A DNA stretch of 64,000 nucleotides, taken from assembly GCA_017609175.1 (NCBI GenBank), contig JAFCEJ010000003.1, forward strand, positions 77,817-141,816. Direction: 5' to 3'. A program made the position numbers and the translations under genes. Below, one piece after another: positions 17,933-28,131 of this stretch; position 1 is the first letter of the stretch, and the number at the start of each line of letters is the position of its first letter. The stretch is from Candidatus Pacearchaeota archaeon. GTDB lineage: Archaea; Nanobdellota; Nanobdellia; Pacearchaeales; GW2011-AR1. The notes below the pieces were generated by a model. It was not told the origin of the DNA. It made no database searches and was given only the letters and a program-made list of their open reading frames with translations.

Positions 17933-17938
17933 CATAAA

Positions 17939-18571
17939 ATGATGGAATTGAAAGAACAATTAAAGAAAGCTTTAGAAGAATTAAGGAAAACTAATAAACG
18001 GAAGTTTATTCAAACAGTTGATTTAATTATAAATTTGCAGAAATTTGATGCTCGAAAAGATTCTGTAAATATTTTTGTTTCTGTGCCGCATAAAATTAAG
18101 GATAAAAAAGTCTGTGCATTTTTGGAGGTTAAAAATAATAATGTTGAAACAATCACAAAAGAAGAATTCAAAAGATATTCTGACAAAAAAGAATTGAAAA
18201 AGTTGGTTAAAAAATTTGATTTTTTTATTTCTCAGGCAAGTCTGATGCCTGCAGTTGCTACTACTTTTGGTAGAGTATTAGGGCCTGCAGGAAAAATGCC
18301 ATCGCCACAATTAGGGATCTTACCAAACCCTGATGAGAAATCTATAAAAGAAATAATACAAAAAATAAACTCTTCTGTAAAAATAAGGACAAAAGAGCCT
18401 AGCATAAAAATTGCTATTGGTAAAGAGAATATGAAAGATGAGGAAATAATTGAGAATATTATAACAGTTTATAATGCTGTTCTTAAGAACCTCCCAAGGA
18501 ATAAAGAGAATATAAAAAATATTGAAATAAAATTCACTATGACTAAACCACAAAAAATAAAATTGAATTAA
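17939..18571 (+). CDS. rpl1: 50S ribosomal protein L1
   Basis: RKFIQTVDLIINL, GRVLGPAGKMP, KFTMTKP. Confidence 0.97.
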   Translation: MMELKEQLKKALEELRKTNKRKFIQTVDLIINLQKFDARKDSVNIFVSVPHKIKDKKVCAFLEVKNNNVETITKEEFKRYSDKKELKKLVKKFDFFISQASLMPAVATTFGRVLGPAGKMPSPQLGILPNPDEKSIKEIIQKINSSVKIRTKEPSIKIAIGKENMKDEEIIENIITVYNAVLKNLPRNKENIKNIEIKFTMTKPQKIKLN

Positions 18572-18572
18572 A

Positions 18573-19568
18573 ATGGCTGACAATAAAAGACAAATACCTG
18601 AAAAAAAATTGAAGGCGGTTGAAGAGCTGAAAAACTTACTTAAAACTAAAAAGACAATCTTAATTGCATCTATAAAAAATCTTCCAGCATCTCAATTTCA
18701 GGAAATCGGCAAAAAATTAAGGGGAAAAGCCATTATTAAAGTTCCAAAAAAAAGTATTATAATAAGAGCAATAGATTCTGTTGATGATAACGAGGTTGAA
18801 AAGATTAAAGAAAAAATTGATAGAGATATTGCAATTTTATTTTCTGATTTAGATTGTTTTGAACTAGCTAGCGAGTTAATTAATAATAAAAGTCCTGCAA
18901 AAGCAAAGGCAGGACAAGAAGCTCCAGAAGACATTGTTATAGAAAAGGGGCCAACGGATTTAATGCCTGGTCCTGCAGTAGGTGAATTGGGTGCTTTAGG
19001 AATTCCAATTGCTATTGAGAATGGTAAAATTAGTATTAAGAAAGCAAAAACTATTGTAAAAAAAGGAGAAAAGATTACAGATAGTGCTGCAGATATTATG
19101 AGTAAATTGGATATTAAACCTTTTATGGTTGGTTTTGAGCCAATTATAGCATTTGATACAAAAGAAAATAAATTATATAGTGAGATTAAGATTGATAAAG
19201 AAGGAACTGTAAAAGAATTAAAAACAATGTTTGGAAAAGCATTACCATTTGCTGTTGAAATTGGTTATGTTTGTGAAGATACAATTAAATTTTTGATTAG
19301 TAAGGCAGGAGCTCATGAAAAAGCATTGAATAAATTAATCGGTGAAAAGAAAAAAGAAGATAAGGAAGGAACAAATGAAAGTCATCAAGATAATTTAGAA
19401 AATAAAGAAAGTATCAATGAAAACAAAGAAGAAAAAGAAAATTCTCAATCAGACACACAAAATTTAGAAAATTCTGGTGCCACAGAATCTAAAGAAACCG
19501 TCGTCCCTGCGCACGACGAAACAAAACAAGATTCTGATGGAATTAAATCTGAGGAGGAACAAAAATAA
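18573..19568 (+). CDS. rpl10: 50S ribosomal protein L10 (aP0)
   Basis: [23 protein letters not shown]; polar C-terminal tail. Confidence 0.96.
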   Translation: MADNKRQIPEKKLKAVEELKNLLKTKKTILIASIKNLPASQFQEIGKKLRGKAIIKVPKKSIIIRAIDSVDDNEVEKIKEKIDRDIAILFSDLDCFELASELINNKSPAKAKAGQEAPEDIVIEKGPTDLMPGPAVGELGALGIPIAIENGKISIKKAKTIVKKGEKITDSAADIMSKLDIKPFMVGFEPIIAFDTKENKLYSEIKIDKEGTVKELKTMFGKALPFAVEIGYVCEDTIKFLISKAGAHEKALNKLIGEKKKEDKEGTNESHQDNLENKESINENKEEKENSQSDTQNLENSGATESKETVVPAHDETKQDSDGIKSEEEQK

Positions 19569-19569
19569 A

Positions 19570-19869
19570 ATGGAATACGTATATGCAGCACTTTTGTTGC
19601 ATAAGTTAGGCAAAGAAGTGAATGAAGAAAATCTAAAGAAAGTTATTGCAGCTACTGGTGTAGAGACAGATGATTCAAAAATTAAGTCTCTCGTTGCCAG
19701 TTTGAAAGGTGTTGACATTGATAAAGAACTTGAAAGTGCAAGTTTAGTTGCAGCAGCTCCTGCAGGTGAAAGTGCCGCAGAGGGTGCAGCTGAAGAGAAA
19801 AAAGCAGAAAAGCCAAAAGAAGAAAAGAAAGAAGCTGCAGCTGAAGGTTTGTCGGCATTATTTGGTTAA
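19570..19869 (+). CDS. rpl12: 50S ribosomal protein L12 (aP1)
   Basis: [11 protein letters not shown]...GLSALFG; true start is the ATG at 19570. Confidence 0.97.
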   Translation: MEYVYAALLLHKLGKEVNEENLKKVIAATGVETDDSKIKSLVASLKGVDIDKELESASLVAAAPAGESAAEGAAEEKKAEKPKEEKKEAAAEGLSALFG

Positions 19870-19957
19870 TTTATTATTTATTATCTGCTGGCAAACCACA
19901 AAATTTTTCTAGTTTGAACAAGAAAATTTAAAAGCAATAAAATATGATAAAAGATAT

Positions 19958-20038
19958 GCCTCCGTCGCATAATGGTAGTGCACCGGCCTTGAGAGCCGGG
20001 CCCTTACGGGCATCCAGGTTCGATTCCTGGCGGGGGCG
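19958..20038 (+). tRNA. tRNA-Ser(TGA)
   Basis: Acceptor GCCTCCG/CGGGGGC, anticodon arm CCGGC-CTTGAGA-GCCGG, long variable arm GCCC-TTAC-GGGC, G73. Confidence 0.95.
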
Positions 20039-20075
20039 TTTTAATCATTAAAATTAAAAAGAGGTTTAAAAAAAT

Positions 20076-20660
20076 ATGAGGAAGGAGTTAAGATTACCAA
20101 CAATATTTGTTTATTTATTCTTGATAGGATTATTAATCTATTTTATTTTCTTAAAAAATTACGAGTTTATTAGTTATGCTATTGTAGTTGGTATCCTTTA
20201 TTATGTTATCTTATGTGCAGATGATTATTATAATTTTCCAGCATATTCAATTTGGCTTTTTGGTATTTGGATTGTATCTCATATGTTTGGCGGTTTAATA
20301 TATCTTAAAGAAACAAGACTTTATGATATTGTTTTAATCCCAATTATAAATGGGGGAGGAGAATTAATTATTTTAAAATATGATCAACTTATTCATACAT
20401 ATTGTTATATGGTTTTTGCGATTTTAGTGTATTTTGCAATGAAAAAACATTTTAAAGAAGGTCAAATAAAGGCACTAATATTATTTACAATTCTTGCTAC
20501 AATTGGGATTGGTCTTTTAAATGAAATAATTGAATTTGGGATGGTTATATTTGCTGATGCTGCAGAGGCGGTTGGAGGATATTACAATACCGCATTAGAT
20601 TTGGTTTTTAATCTTCTTGGGGCAATAATTGGTTCAATCCTAGCATGGAAACTTGATTAG
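20076..20660 (+). CDS. DUF2238/YjdF-like membrane protein
   Basis: HMFGG, YDQLIH, NEIIEF and YNTALDLVFNLLGA motifs in TM helices. Confidence 0.75.
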   Translation: MRKELRLPTIFVYLFLIGLLIYFIFLKNYEFISYAIVVGILYYVILCADDYYNFPAYSIWLFGIWIVSHMFGGLIYLKETRLYDIVLIPIINGGGELIILKYDQLIHTYCYMVFAILVYFAMKKHFKEGQIKALILFTILATIGIGLLNEIIEFGMVIFADAAEAVGGYYNTALDLVFNLLGAIIGSILAWKLD

Positions 20661-20664
20661 AATT

Positions 20665-20946
20665 TTATCGGAATAAACTTTCAAACAATTTTTTCCAAAA
20701 AGGTTTCTTTATTGTAATAGGATTATTATGCTCATCAATAATTTCATATCTTATTGTTGGTTTTTCTTTTAATTTAGGGATTTGTTCTGCGAGCTCTTTG
20801 TTTGCAACATCAATTGCTTTTAAGATTAAAGAACGAGAATAACCTTGATTTATCAGAGCCCATTTTAAAGAATCAATAGTATAACCCTTCGAAAGATTTT
20901 TTTTAATATAATCTACAATCTGCCTTAAAGAACCTACTGTCTCCAT
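20665..20946 (-). CDS. Hypothetical small helical protein
   Basis: YIKKNLSKGY...L.WAL..QGY pattern; C-terminal KPFWKKLF amphipathic end. Confidence 0.65.
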   Translation of the reverse strand: METVGSLRQIVDYIKKNLSKGYTIDSLKWALINQGYSRSLILKAIDVANKELAEQIPKLKEKPTIRYEIIDEHNNPITIKKPFWKKLFESLFR

Positions 20947-21038
20947 AAATTTAGCAAAAAAAAGAGATTTAAATTATTTATTGTCTTAAAATTATATCTT
21001 CTTCAATAATTTTTGGATAAAAAATTTATTTTCTAAAG

Positions 21039-22517
21039 CTATTTTATTTTAATAGGTTTTTCTCTTTGATAAAATGCTACTGCTTGATTTAATCTTGCTC
21101 GACTTTCAGAATAGATTGTAAGAACTTTATCGCCTTTTTTGAGTTTGTCATTAACATGATAATGAAGATACAACCCAGCTGTTTTATCGACAGGACATCC
21201 AGCAATTCTTGCTAGAGAATTTATTTTTTTATTGTTTATTTCTGAAATTTTCCCAGATTTTTTTGCGTGAACACATTTTTTGTATTTTGCTAATTTAATC
21301 TTTTCAAAATTGATATTTCCTTTTTGTATTTTGATTATTTGCTTAAATTTTTCAAAAGCCTTCCCGGAATTAAGGATTTCTCTTGCCAGCTCCCCACCTT
21401 TTCCTTTTTTTGCTTTTCCTGTCATTTCTAAGATTTCTCCTGAAAGAAATATTGACTTTTCTTCTAAATCTTTTGGACCTTGTTTTTGAGGATTCAAAAT
21501 ATTTATTACGTCAATTAATTCTAAAATAGGGCCAACACCATTTCCAATTGGCTGGCGTCCGTCGGTTAAAACAACTTTTAATTTTCTATGAAAATATCTC
21601 CCCAGTTTAGCAAAATCTTTTTTTAATTCCAATGCCCTTTTTTTTCCGACTTTTGCAGATTTTCCATAAGGGATATCAATTAAAATATATTTGCTTCCAA
21701 CTGCGAGTTTTTTTGACATTATTGATGCGAGCAACTGGGATTTTGGGTCTATTTTCAATAATTTTTCAACTTTGATTATTTTACTATCTGCAGGAACCAT
21801 TCCCAACCCCCCTCCCCATACCATACACGCACCTATTTTTTTTACTATTTTTTCTAAATCTTTTGCAGAAAAATCAACTTTTGCTATAGCCTCGATTACA
21901 TCTGCTGTTCCTGCTGCACTTGTTATAGCTCTTGAAGAAGTCTTTGGCATTGTTAATCCTGCAGCAGCGCATATTGAAACAACAATAGGGGTTGTTCGAT
22001 TTCCTGCAACACCCCCAATAGAATGTTTATCTACAACAAATTTATTTCTTAAATGCAATCTGTTCCCTGTTTCAAGAATTGCTTTAGTCAAATAGATAAT
22101 TTCCTTTATGGTCATTCCATATTTATGCATTGCAGAAACAAACATCGCAATCTCTGATTCTGAGATAGCATTATTAACAATATCTTTAATTATTTCTTTA
22201 ATCTCTTTTTCAGAAAGAGTTTTATTATTTAATTTCTTTTTTATAAAAATAAGACTTTTTGGAGGTTCTGTAATATTTACATCCACTTTTTGTCCATCCC
22301 TCAATTTTAACCTTTTTTTTAATTCTGATGAAACTGCAATTTCATTTTTCCCAACCAATGTTCCGATTGTATCAACAACAGTTAATATTTCTCTTGAAGA
22401 TGTTTTAATAGAAATTCTATCTCTTATATGAACACCAAGTTCCCCTGCAATTTCGTGATGCAACATTGCAACAGGCACGCCTGCGTGCCATTTTAGAAGC
22501 TTAACTTTTAACCTCAT
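21039..22517 (-). CDS. deoA: AMP phosphorylase (thymidine phosphorylase family with archaeal N-terminal domain)
   Basis: DKHSIGGVAGN, KTSSRAITSAAGTAD, SIMSKK; extra N-terminal beta domain. Confidence 0.9.
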   Translation of the reverse strand: MRLKVKLLKWHAGVPVAMLHHEIAGELGVHIRDRISIKTSSREILTVVDTIGTLVGKNEIAVSSELKKRLKLRDGQKVDVNITEPPKSLIFIKKKLNNKTLSEKEIKEIIKDIVNNAISESEIAMFVSAMHKYGMTIKEIIYLTKAILETGNRLHLRNKFVVDKHSIGGVAGNRTTPIVVSICAAAGLTMPKTSSRAITSAAGTADVIEAIAKVDFSAKDLEKIVKKIGACMVWGGGLGMVPADSKIIKVEKLLKIDPKSQLLASIMSKKLAVGSKYILIDIPYGKSAKVGKKRALELKKDFAKLGRYFHRKLKVVLTDGRQPIGNGVGPILELIDVINILNPQKQGPKDLEEKSIFLSGEILEMTGKAKKGKGGELAREILNSGKAFEKFKQIIKIQKGNINFEKIKLAKYKKCVHAKKSGKISEINNKKINSLARIAGCPVDKTAGLYLHYHVNDKLKKGDKVLTIYSESRARLNQAVAFYQREKPIKIK

Positions 22518-22553
22518 TTTATATTATATGAAGAAAGAGATTTTTATATTTAA

Positions 22554-23591
22554 TCATTTAGTCTCTTCCTGAAGAAAAAATCCAGGGGTTTTCTTATTTC
22601 TATACAACTCTAAAATTACCAAAAGATATGCTAAGATAAGAGGCCCGAGAATTAATCCCACAACACCAAAAAAGAACAATCCACTTATCATTCCAATTAA
22701 TACTAATGCAGAATGCATCTTTGTTGCTTTTGATACTATAACCGGCCTAATAAAATTATCCACTGTGTTAGATAACAATCCAAAAATAGTCACACCAAAA
22801 GCAGGAATTGTATTTCCACCCATTAGCAAATAAATTACCACTGGCAACCAAACAATTGTTGTCCCGATTATTGGCATAACTCCTGCTAAAACTGCAAGCA
22901 ATAATAAAAGCAGTGCATTAGGAACACCAAAAATAAAAAATCCTATTCCGGTCAATATACCTTGAATCATACCAATAATAATTTGACCATAAATAACAGA
23001 ACTTGTTATTCCTTTTGTATATTCAAATAATTTCTTTTGAACATCCTTTGAGAATGGAAGTAAACTTTTAACATATTCTACCATCTCTTTCCCATCCCTC
23101 AAAACAAAGAAAAAAGTAAAAGAAACCACTAAAAATTGCAAAAACAATGTTGGAAAATTAATTAATAATTTGGAAAAAGCGTTCATCAACGAACTTGTTA
23201 TTTTAGTTATAAAAGAATGAATAATATTACCCATCTCACTTGAAAATTCTTGTGAAGATAAAAGTGAGGGAAATATTTTTTTAAGAGGGGTTATAAAATC
23301 TAATTGTTGTGATGCAAAATAAATTTTGATAGATTGCTCTATAATGATAGGTGTTAAAAACCAGAAAGGAATTACAATCAACAATATTAGAAAAATACAA
23401 ATTAAAATTGCTGAGATATTTTTAGATTTGGTAGTTTTATAGAGCCGGTTATATATTGGTGTAAAAATATATGCTAAAATAATTCCGACAATTATTGATA
23501 GAAGTATTGGTTTCAAAAGAAAAAAAGTCAGGACTATTAAAGTAGCGAGTATAATCAATGTTGTAACTTTTTTAAAATAAACCTCTTCCAT
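22554..23591 (-). CDS. AI-2E family transporter
   Basis: Multi-TM; DNFIRP...MHSALVLIGMISG...GLILGP. Confidence 0.9.
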   Translation of the reverse strand: MEEVYFKKVTTLIILATLIVLTFFLLKPILLSIIVGIILAYIFTPIYNRLYKTTKSKNISAILICIFLILLIVIPFWFLTPIIIEQSIKIYFASQQLDFITPLKKIFPSLLSSQEFSSEMGNIIHSFITKITSSLMNAFSKLLINFPTLFLQFLVVSFTFFFVLRDGKEMVEYVKSLLPFSKDVQKKLFEYTKGITSSVIYGQIIIGMIQGILTGIGFFIFGVPNALLLLLLAVLAGVMPIIGTTIVWLPVVIYLLMGGNTIPAFGVTIFGLLSNTVDNFIRPVIVSKATKMHSALVLIGMISGLFFFGVVGLILGPLILAYLLVILELYRNKKTPGFFLQEETK

Positions 23592-23689
23592 CTTGAAAAT
23601 TAAATTTAATCACCTCTAAATTAAAAAGAGGTTTAAATTTATAAAGGTTTGTAAGAAAAATTTATAAGGGAAATTTGAGATGATAAGAT

Positions 23690-24403
23690 ATGAATTTTAT
23701 AAAAAAGATTTTTGATGGAGAAATTGGAGAAGATATTCATTTACAATTTCAAAAATTCAGCAAAGGAGAGTTTAGGGACAAAGCATTAATTAAGGCAAAA
23801 AAAACAAAAGAGAAATTTACAATAAATACTTCTGCTGAATTCGCAAATGAAATGGTTAGAAAGGTTGCTGAAAAATTAGGAGAAGATAAAACAAGAATAA
23901 CCGGTGCAATCATCTCTACAAGAAATTTGAAAGAGGAACCGATTTTTCGAGATATCCTAGCCAATTCAGAAGTTAAACAATTTCAGGGAGTAAGAAGATT
24001 CATCATCAATACTGAAATGAGTGGAAAAGACATAATCAAATTCTTAGATGAATGCCCAAAAGCATTTTTTGCATTAAGTTTTGATGCAGGAGATTCCAAA
24101 TTAAAAATCAAACCAAAAGCTCCAAAGTCTGGAAAACCTGGAAAAGGTGATGATAAACCAAAAGTTGATTTTTGCAAACTTATTACAACAGACGCTGGGT
24201 GGGGGAGAAGTTTTGTATTTGAAAAACCAGATTTTGATAATGCTGAAATAAACCATACTTTTCTCATTACAGAACTAATTTATCCTGAAGGTGAGAAGGA
24301 TTTTGCAAGAATTCGGGAACTTGCAAAAAGAAAAGGCAAGATAATCCGAGAAGCTAAAATCGACGGACAAATTATTAAAACTGAAAAGGAATTTGTTGCC
24401 TAA
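23690..24403 (+). CDS. Hypothetical protein upstream of the r-protein superoperon
   Basis: 237-aa basic soluble protein; HLQFQKFSKGEF, PKAPKSGKP, ARELAKRKG-like motifs. Confidence 0.7.
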   Translation: MNFIKKIFDGEIGEDIHLQFQKFSKGEFRDKALIKAKKTKEKFTINTSAEFANEMVRKVAEKLGEDKTRITGAIISTRNLKEEPIFRDILANSEVKQFQGVRRFIINTEMSGKDIIKFLDECPKAFFALSFDAGDSKLKIKPKAPKSGKPGKGDDKPKVDFCKLITTDAGWGRSFVFEKPDFDNAEINHTFLITELIYPEGEKDFARIRELAKRKGKIIREAKIDGQIIKTEKEFVA

Positions 24404-24490
24404 AACACTTTCCGAAACCCTTTTAAATCAAGATTTTCTCCATATTTTATTCCAGAGTAGAAAATAAAATGTTATCCGCTATAATTAGAA

Positions 24491-25429
24491 ATGCCTACGA
24501 AAAGATCGCCAAGAAAAGGAAGTTTGCAGTTTTGGCCAAGAAAAAGGGCCAAGAAGTTTTTGCCTAGAGTAAACTGGGATGCAATTAAATCTAATTCTAA
24601 GAACATTAAAGGTTTTATCTGTTATAAAGCTGGAATGAAATCTGCGATTGTAAAAGATAACACACCCGATTCTATGACAAAAGGAAAAAGAATTGTCGTT
24701 CCTGTAACAATTTTAGAATGTCCGCCTATGAAAATTTTCTCTGTCAGATTTTATAAAAATGGGAAAGTTATGAAAGATATCTTAGCCGAAAATTTAGATA
24801 AAGAACTTAAAAGAAAGGTTAAAATCCCAAAAACAAAGAAAGGAAAATTAGAAGATGTCAAAGAATTTGAAGACATTAAAGTTATATTCTATTCAGTAGT
24901 CAAAAAGAGTAATTTGAAAAAAACTCCTGATTTAAGTGAAATTGGGCTTGTTGGAAGTATCGAAGAGAAATTAAATTGGGTCAAAGAGAATTTGAACAAA
25001 GAAATCTCTGTATTAGATGTTTTTGAAAAAGGACAATTAATTGATTTAAGAGGTTTAACAAAAGGGAAAGGCTTACAGGGCCCTGTTAAAAGATTTGGAA
25101 TAGGGCTTAAAGCCCATAAATCAGAAAAGGGTCAGAGAAGGCCAGGAAGTTTAGGTCCGTGGCACCCTGCCCGTGTTACATTCAGAGCACCGCAAGCAGG
25201 ACAGCTTGGAATGTTCACAAGAGTCGTTTATAATAATAAAATAATAGATATGGGAAAACCAGAAGGAAAATTCAAAAATATAATTAATTTTGGTGATGTC
25301 AAAACAGATTATATAATTGTTAGAGGCTCTGTACAAGGGCCTGCAAAAAGACAATTAATAATTACTGCTCCCCTAAGAGAAACTAAAAGACAGAGTAAGA
25401 AAAATTTTGAATTAATTGAGATCAAATGA
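24491..25429 (+). CDS. rpl3: 50S ribosomal protein L3
   Basis: PRKGSLQFWPRKRA, TKGKGLQGPVKRFG, GSLGPWHP. Confidence 0.98.
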   Translation: MPTKRSPRKGSLQFWPRKRAKKFLPRVNWDAIKSNSKNIKGFICYKAGMKSAIVKDNTPDSMTKGKRIVVPVTILECPPMKIFSVRFYKNGKVMKDILAENLDKELKRKVKIPKTKKGKLEDVKEFEDIKVIFYSVVKKSNLKKTPDLSEIGLVGSIEEKLNWVKENLNKEISVLDVFEKGQLIDLRGLTKGKGLQGPVKRFGIGLKAHKSEKGQRRPGSLGPWHPARVTFRAPQAGQLGMFTRVVYNNKIIDMGKPEGKFKNIINFGDVKTDYIIVRGSVQGPAKRQLIITAPLRETKRQSKKNFELIEIK

Positions 25430-26220
25430 AAGCAAAAGTATTAGATATAAATGGAAAGAAAGTAAAAGAAATTGAATTGCCTAAATGTTTTTCTGGAAAA
25501 ATTAGAGAAGATTTAATTTTCAAAGTTTTGGAAACACAAAAGACAAAACAACCTTATGCTCCATCTCCTGTTGCAGGAAAACAACATTCTGCCAGTGGAA
25601 AAATAGTTCATAGAAGACATGTTTGGAAATCGAGTTATGGAAGAGGCATGTCAAGAATACCAAGAAAAATGATGTTAAAAAGAGGTTCTCAATTTAATTG
25701 GACTGGAGCAACAGTTCCTTCAGCAGTCGGAGGTAGAAGAGCGCATCCTCCAAAAATCCTTGGAATGATTAATACTAAAAAAATAAATAAAAAAGAAAAA
25801 AAGATTGCAATTATATCTGCATTAAGTGCCACTGTCGACGGAAAATTAATTGCAAAAAGATATAAAAGATTAAAAGACAAAAAAATTGATGGGTTACCTT
25901 TTATTGTTGAAAGTAAATTTACTCGATTGAAAACAAAACAACTTATCGAAAGTTTAAAGAAAATTCTTGGAGATTTATTTGAAATTGCTCTTCAAAAGAA
26001 AAGTGTTAGGGCAGGCAAAGGAAAAGCAAGAGGAAGAAAATACAAAAAGAACGCAGGTGTTTTAATTGTCATTGGAAAAGATGAGAAATTAAAAATAAAG
26101 GGTGTTGAAGTTGTTCAAACAAATTCTCTTGGAGTTGCAGACCTTGCAAAGGGTGAGCCAGGACGATTAACAATTTATACTGAACAAGCAATTAAAGAAT
26201 TAGGAGAAAAATACAAATGA
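25426..26220 (+). CDS. rpl4: 50S ribosomal protein L4
   Basis: GRGMSRIPR, GGRRAHPP, RAGKGKARGR. Confidence 0.97.
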   Translation: MKAKVLDINGKKVKEIELPKCFSGKIREDLIFKVLETQKTKQPYAPSPVAGKQHSASGKIVHRRHVWKSSYGRGMSRIPRKMMLKRGSQFNWTGATVPSAVGGRRAHPPKILGMINTKKINKKEKKIAIISALSATVDGKLIAKRYKRLKDKKIDGLPFIVESKFTRLKTKQLIESLKKILGDLFEIALQKKSVRAGKGKARGRKYKKNAGVLIVIGKDEKLKIKGVEVVQTNSLGVADLAKGEPGRLTIYTEQAIKELGEKYK

Positions 26221-26453
26221 AACCGATAGTTACTGAAAAGGCTGTTATGTTGATTGAAACTCAAAATATCTTAGTATTTGAATTAGATAAAAGAATGTCA
26301 AAAACAGAAATTAAAAAAGAAATTGAAGAAATGTTTGAAGTTAAAGTTGATAAAATAAATACTCTAATTAGAAATAACAAAAAATATGCTTATGTAAAAC
26401 TAAAACAAGATTATCCTGCGATTGATGTCGCAACAAAACTTGGGTTAATTTAA
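26217..26453 (+). CDS. rpl23: 50S ribosomal protein L23
   Basis: PIVTEKA, KYAYVKL, AIDVATKLGLI. Confidence 0.96.
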   Translation: MKPIVTEKAVMLIETQNILVFELDKRMSKTEIKKEIEEMFEVKVDKINTLIRNNKKYAYVKLKQDYPAIDVATKLGLI

Positions 26454-26454
26454 A

Positions 26455-27156
26455 ATGGGTAAAAGAATAATTCAACAAGCGCGTGGAAAAGGAAGCCTTA
26501 CTTATAGGGTCAGAAAAAAGGCTTTTGTTTATCAAATGAAATATCCTAAAAATTTGAATGGAGAAGGGGAAGTGATTAAATTATTAAATTCATCTGCACA
26601 TTCTTATCCCATAGCAAAAATTAAATATTCTGGAGGAAGTTTTTATATGCCTGCTTTTGTAGGGATGGCTGAAGGACAGAAAATTGAATTCAATGGAAAT
26701 AAAATTGAATTTGGGAATATAACTGCATTAAAAAATATCCCTGTTAAGACCCAAATCTATAATATTGAATCGCGACCATTTGACGGTGGAAAATTTGTTC
26801 GTTCGGGAGGAAGTTCTGCAACAGTAAGCAGAGTTGTTGGTGAAAGTATTTTTGTTATGATGCCTTCAAAGAAAGAAAAGAAATTTCATCCAGATTGCAG
26901 GGCAACAATAGGCACAATTGCCGGAGCAGGAAGATTAGATAAACCATTTGTTAAAGCAGGAAAAAAATATCATCTTAAAAAAGCTAAAAGTAAATTATGG
27001 CCCCGAACATCTGCAGTAAAGATGAATGCAATTGACCACCCATTTGGTTCTGGTAGGGGAAAGAATCCGAAAAGCAAAATTGCAAAAAGGAATGCGCCTC
27101 CAGGAGCAAAGGTTGGTTTATTAAGGCCAAGAAGAACTGGTAAAAAGAAACGTTAA
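26455..27156 (+). CDS. rpl2: 50S ribosomal protein L2
   Basis: [32 protein letters not shown]. Confidence 0.98.
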   Translation: MGKRIIQQARGKGSLTYRVRKKAFVYQMKYPKNLNGEGEVIKLLNSSAHSYPIAKIKYSGGSFYMPAFVGMAEGQKIEFNGNKIEFGNITALKNIPVKTQIYNIESRPFDGGKFVRSGGSSATVSRVVGESIFVMMPSKKEKKFHPDCRATIGTIAGAGRLDKPFVKAGKKYHLKKAKSKLWPRTSAVKMNAIDHPFGSGRGKNPKSKIAKRNAPPGAKVGLLRPRRTGKKKR

Positions 27157-27157
27157 A

Positions 27158-27547
27158 ATGACAAAAAAAGAATTTACTTATCGTGGGAAAACATTGGAAG
27201 AATTAAAAAAATTAGATGTCAGAGAATTTGCAAAATTAGTAAGGTCAAGGGAGAGAAGAACAATTCTTAGACAATTCAATGAAATTGAAAGATTTGTAAA
27301 CAGAGCTAAAATAAAATTATCAAGAAATAAACAGATTAAAACCCATTCAAGAGATTTGGTAATTGTTCCTCAAATGGTTGGAATGAAAATTGGAGTTTAT
27401 AATGGTAAAACGTTTGTTCCTGTGGAAATAGTTGGTGAGATGCTTGGACATCGACTCGGAGAATTTGCTCCGTCAAGAGGAAGGGTACAGCATGGTAAGG
27501 CAGGTGTTGGAGCAACAAAAGGAACAAGAGCTAAATCAAAGAAATAA
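27158..27547 (+). CDS. rps19: 30S ribosomal protein S19
   Basis: [21 protein letters not shown]. Confidence 0.98.
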   Translation: MTKKEFTYRGKTLEELKKLDVREFAKLVRSRERRTILRQFNEIERFVNRAKIKLSRNKQIKTHSRDLVIVPQMVGMKIGVYNGKTFVPVEIVGEMLGHRLGEFAPSRGRVQHGKAGVGATKGTRAKSKK

Positions 27548-27548
27548 A

Positions 27549-28130
27549 ATGGCAAAAACTAATACTGAAAAACCAACAACAAAACAAGAAGCGAAAAAAC
27601 AAGGAGTAGTTAGCACTCCAAAACAAAAAGAAAATAAAATTATTGAAGAAAAAATAAAAAACGAAACTGGAAAAAAAGAAGATACACAAAAACCAAAAGA
27701 AGAATCAAAAAAACCAATCGTAAAAAAACCGATTAAGAAAAAAACAGAAGCGATTGTTAGGGGAAGGAGTTTACCGATTTCAACGAAACATTCAATTGCT
27801 ATTTGCAGATTTATTAAAGGAAAAAAGATTGGGGAGTGTATTAGTTATTTAGAACAAGTAGTAGTTGGAAAAAAAGCAATTCCAATGAAGGGAGAAATTC
27901 CGCATAGAAAAGGAAAAATGATGTCGGGAAGATTTCCAAAAAAAGCTTCTGAACAGTTTATTAAATTATTAAGGAGTTTGGGGGCAAATGCAAATGCTAA
28001 TAACTTAGAAGAGCCGATAATTTCAGAAGCAGTAGCAAATTTTGCTTCAAGACCTTATGGAAGATTTGGACGAACACAAAAGAAAAGAACTCATATTATA
28101 ATTAAATGCCGAGAAAGAAAAGGTAAGTAA
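27549..28130 (+). CDS. rpl22: 50S ribosomal protein L22 with Lys-rich N-terminal extension
   Basis: LPISTKHS, GRFPKKA, THI; ATG at 27549. Confidence 0.95.
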   Translation: MAKTNTEKPTTKQEAKKQGVVSTPKQKENKIIEEKIKNETGKKEDTQKPKEESKKPIVKKPIKKKTEAIVRGRSLPISTKHSIAICRFIKGKKIGECISYLEQVVVGKKAIPMKGEIPHRKGKMMSGRFPKKASEQFIKLLRSLGANANANNLEEPIISEAVANFASRPYGRFGRTQKKRTHIIIKCRERKGK

Positions 28131-28131
28131 A

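Noticed and set aside
20051..23637. Identical 20-mer aaattaaaaagaggtttaaa at 20051-20070 and 23618-23637, the latter within an imperfect inverted repeat (23602-23640)
   Set aside because: Low complexity and similar to the reverse complement of the common TTTAAA + pyrimidine promoter pattern; no evidence for att sites or mobile cargo between them.
24441..24471. Hairpin ATTTTATT/AATAAAAT in the rpl3 leader
   Set aside because: Entirely A-T pairs in an AT-rich genome; too weak without comparative data.
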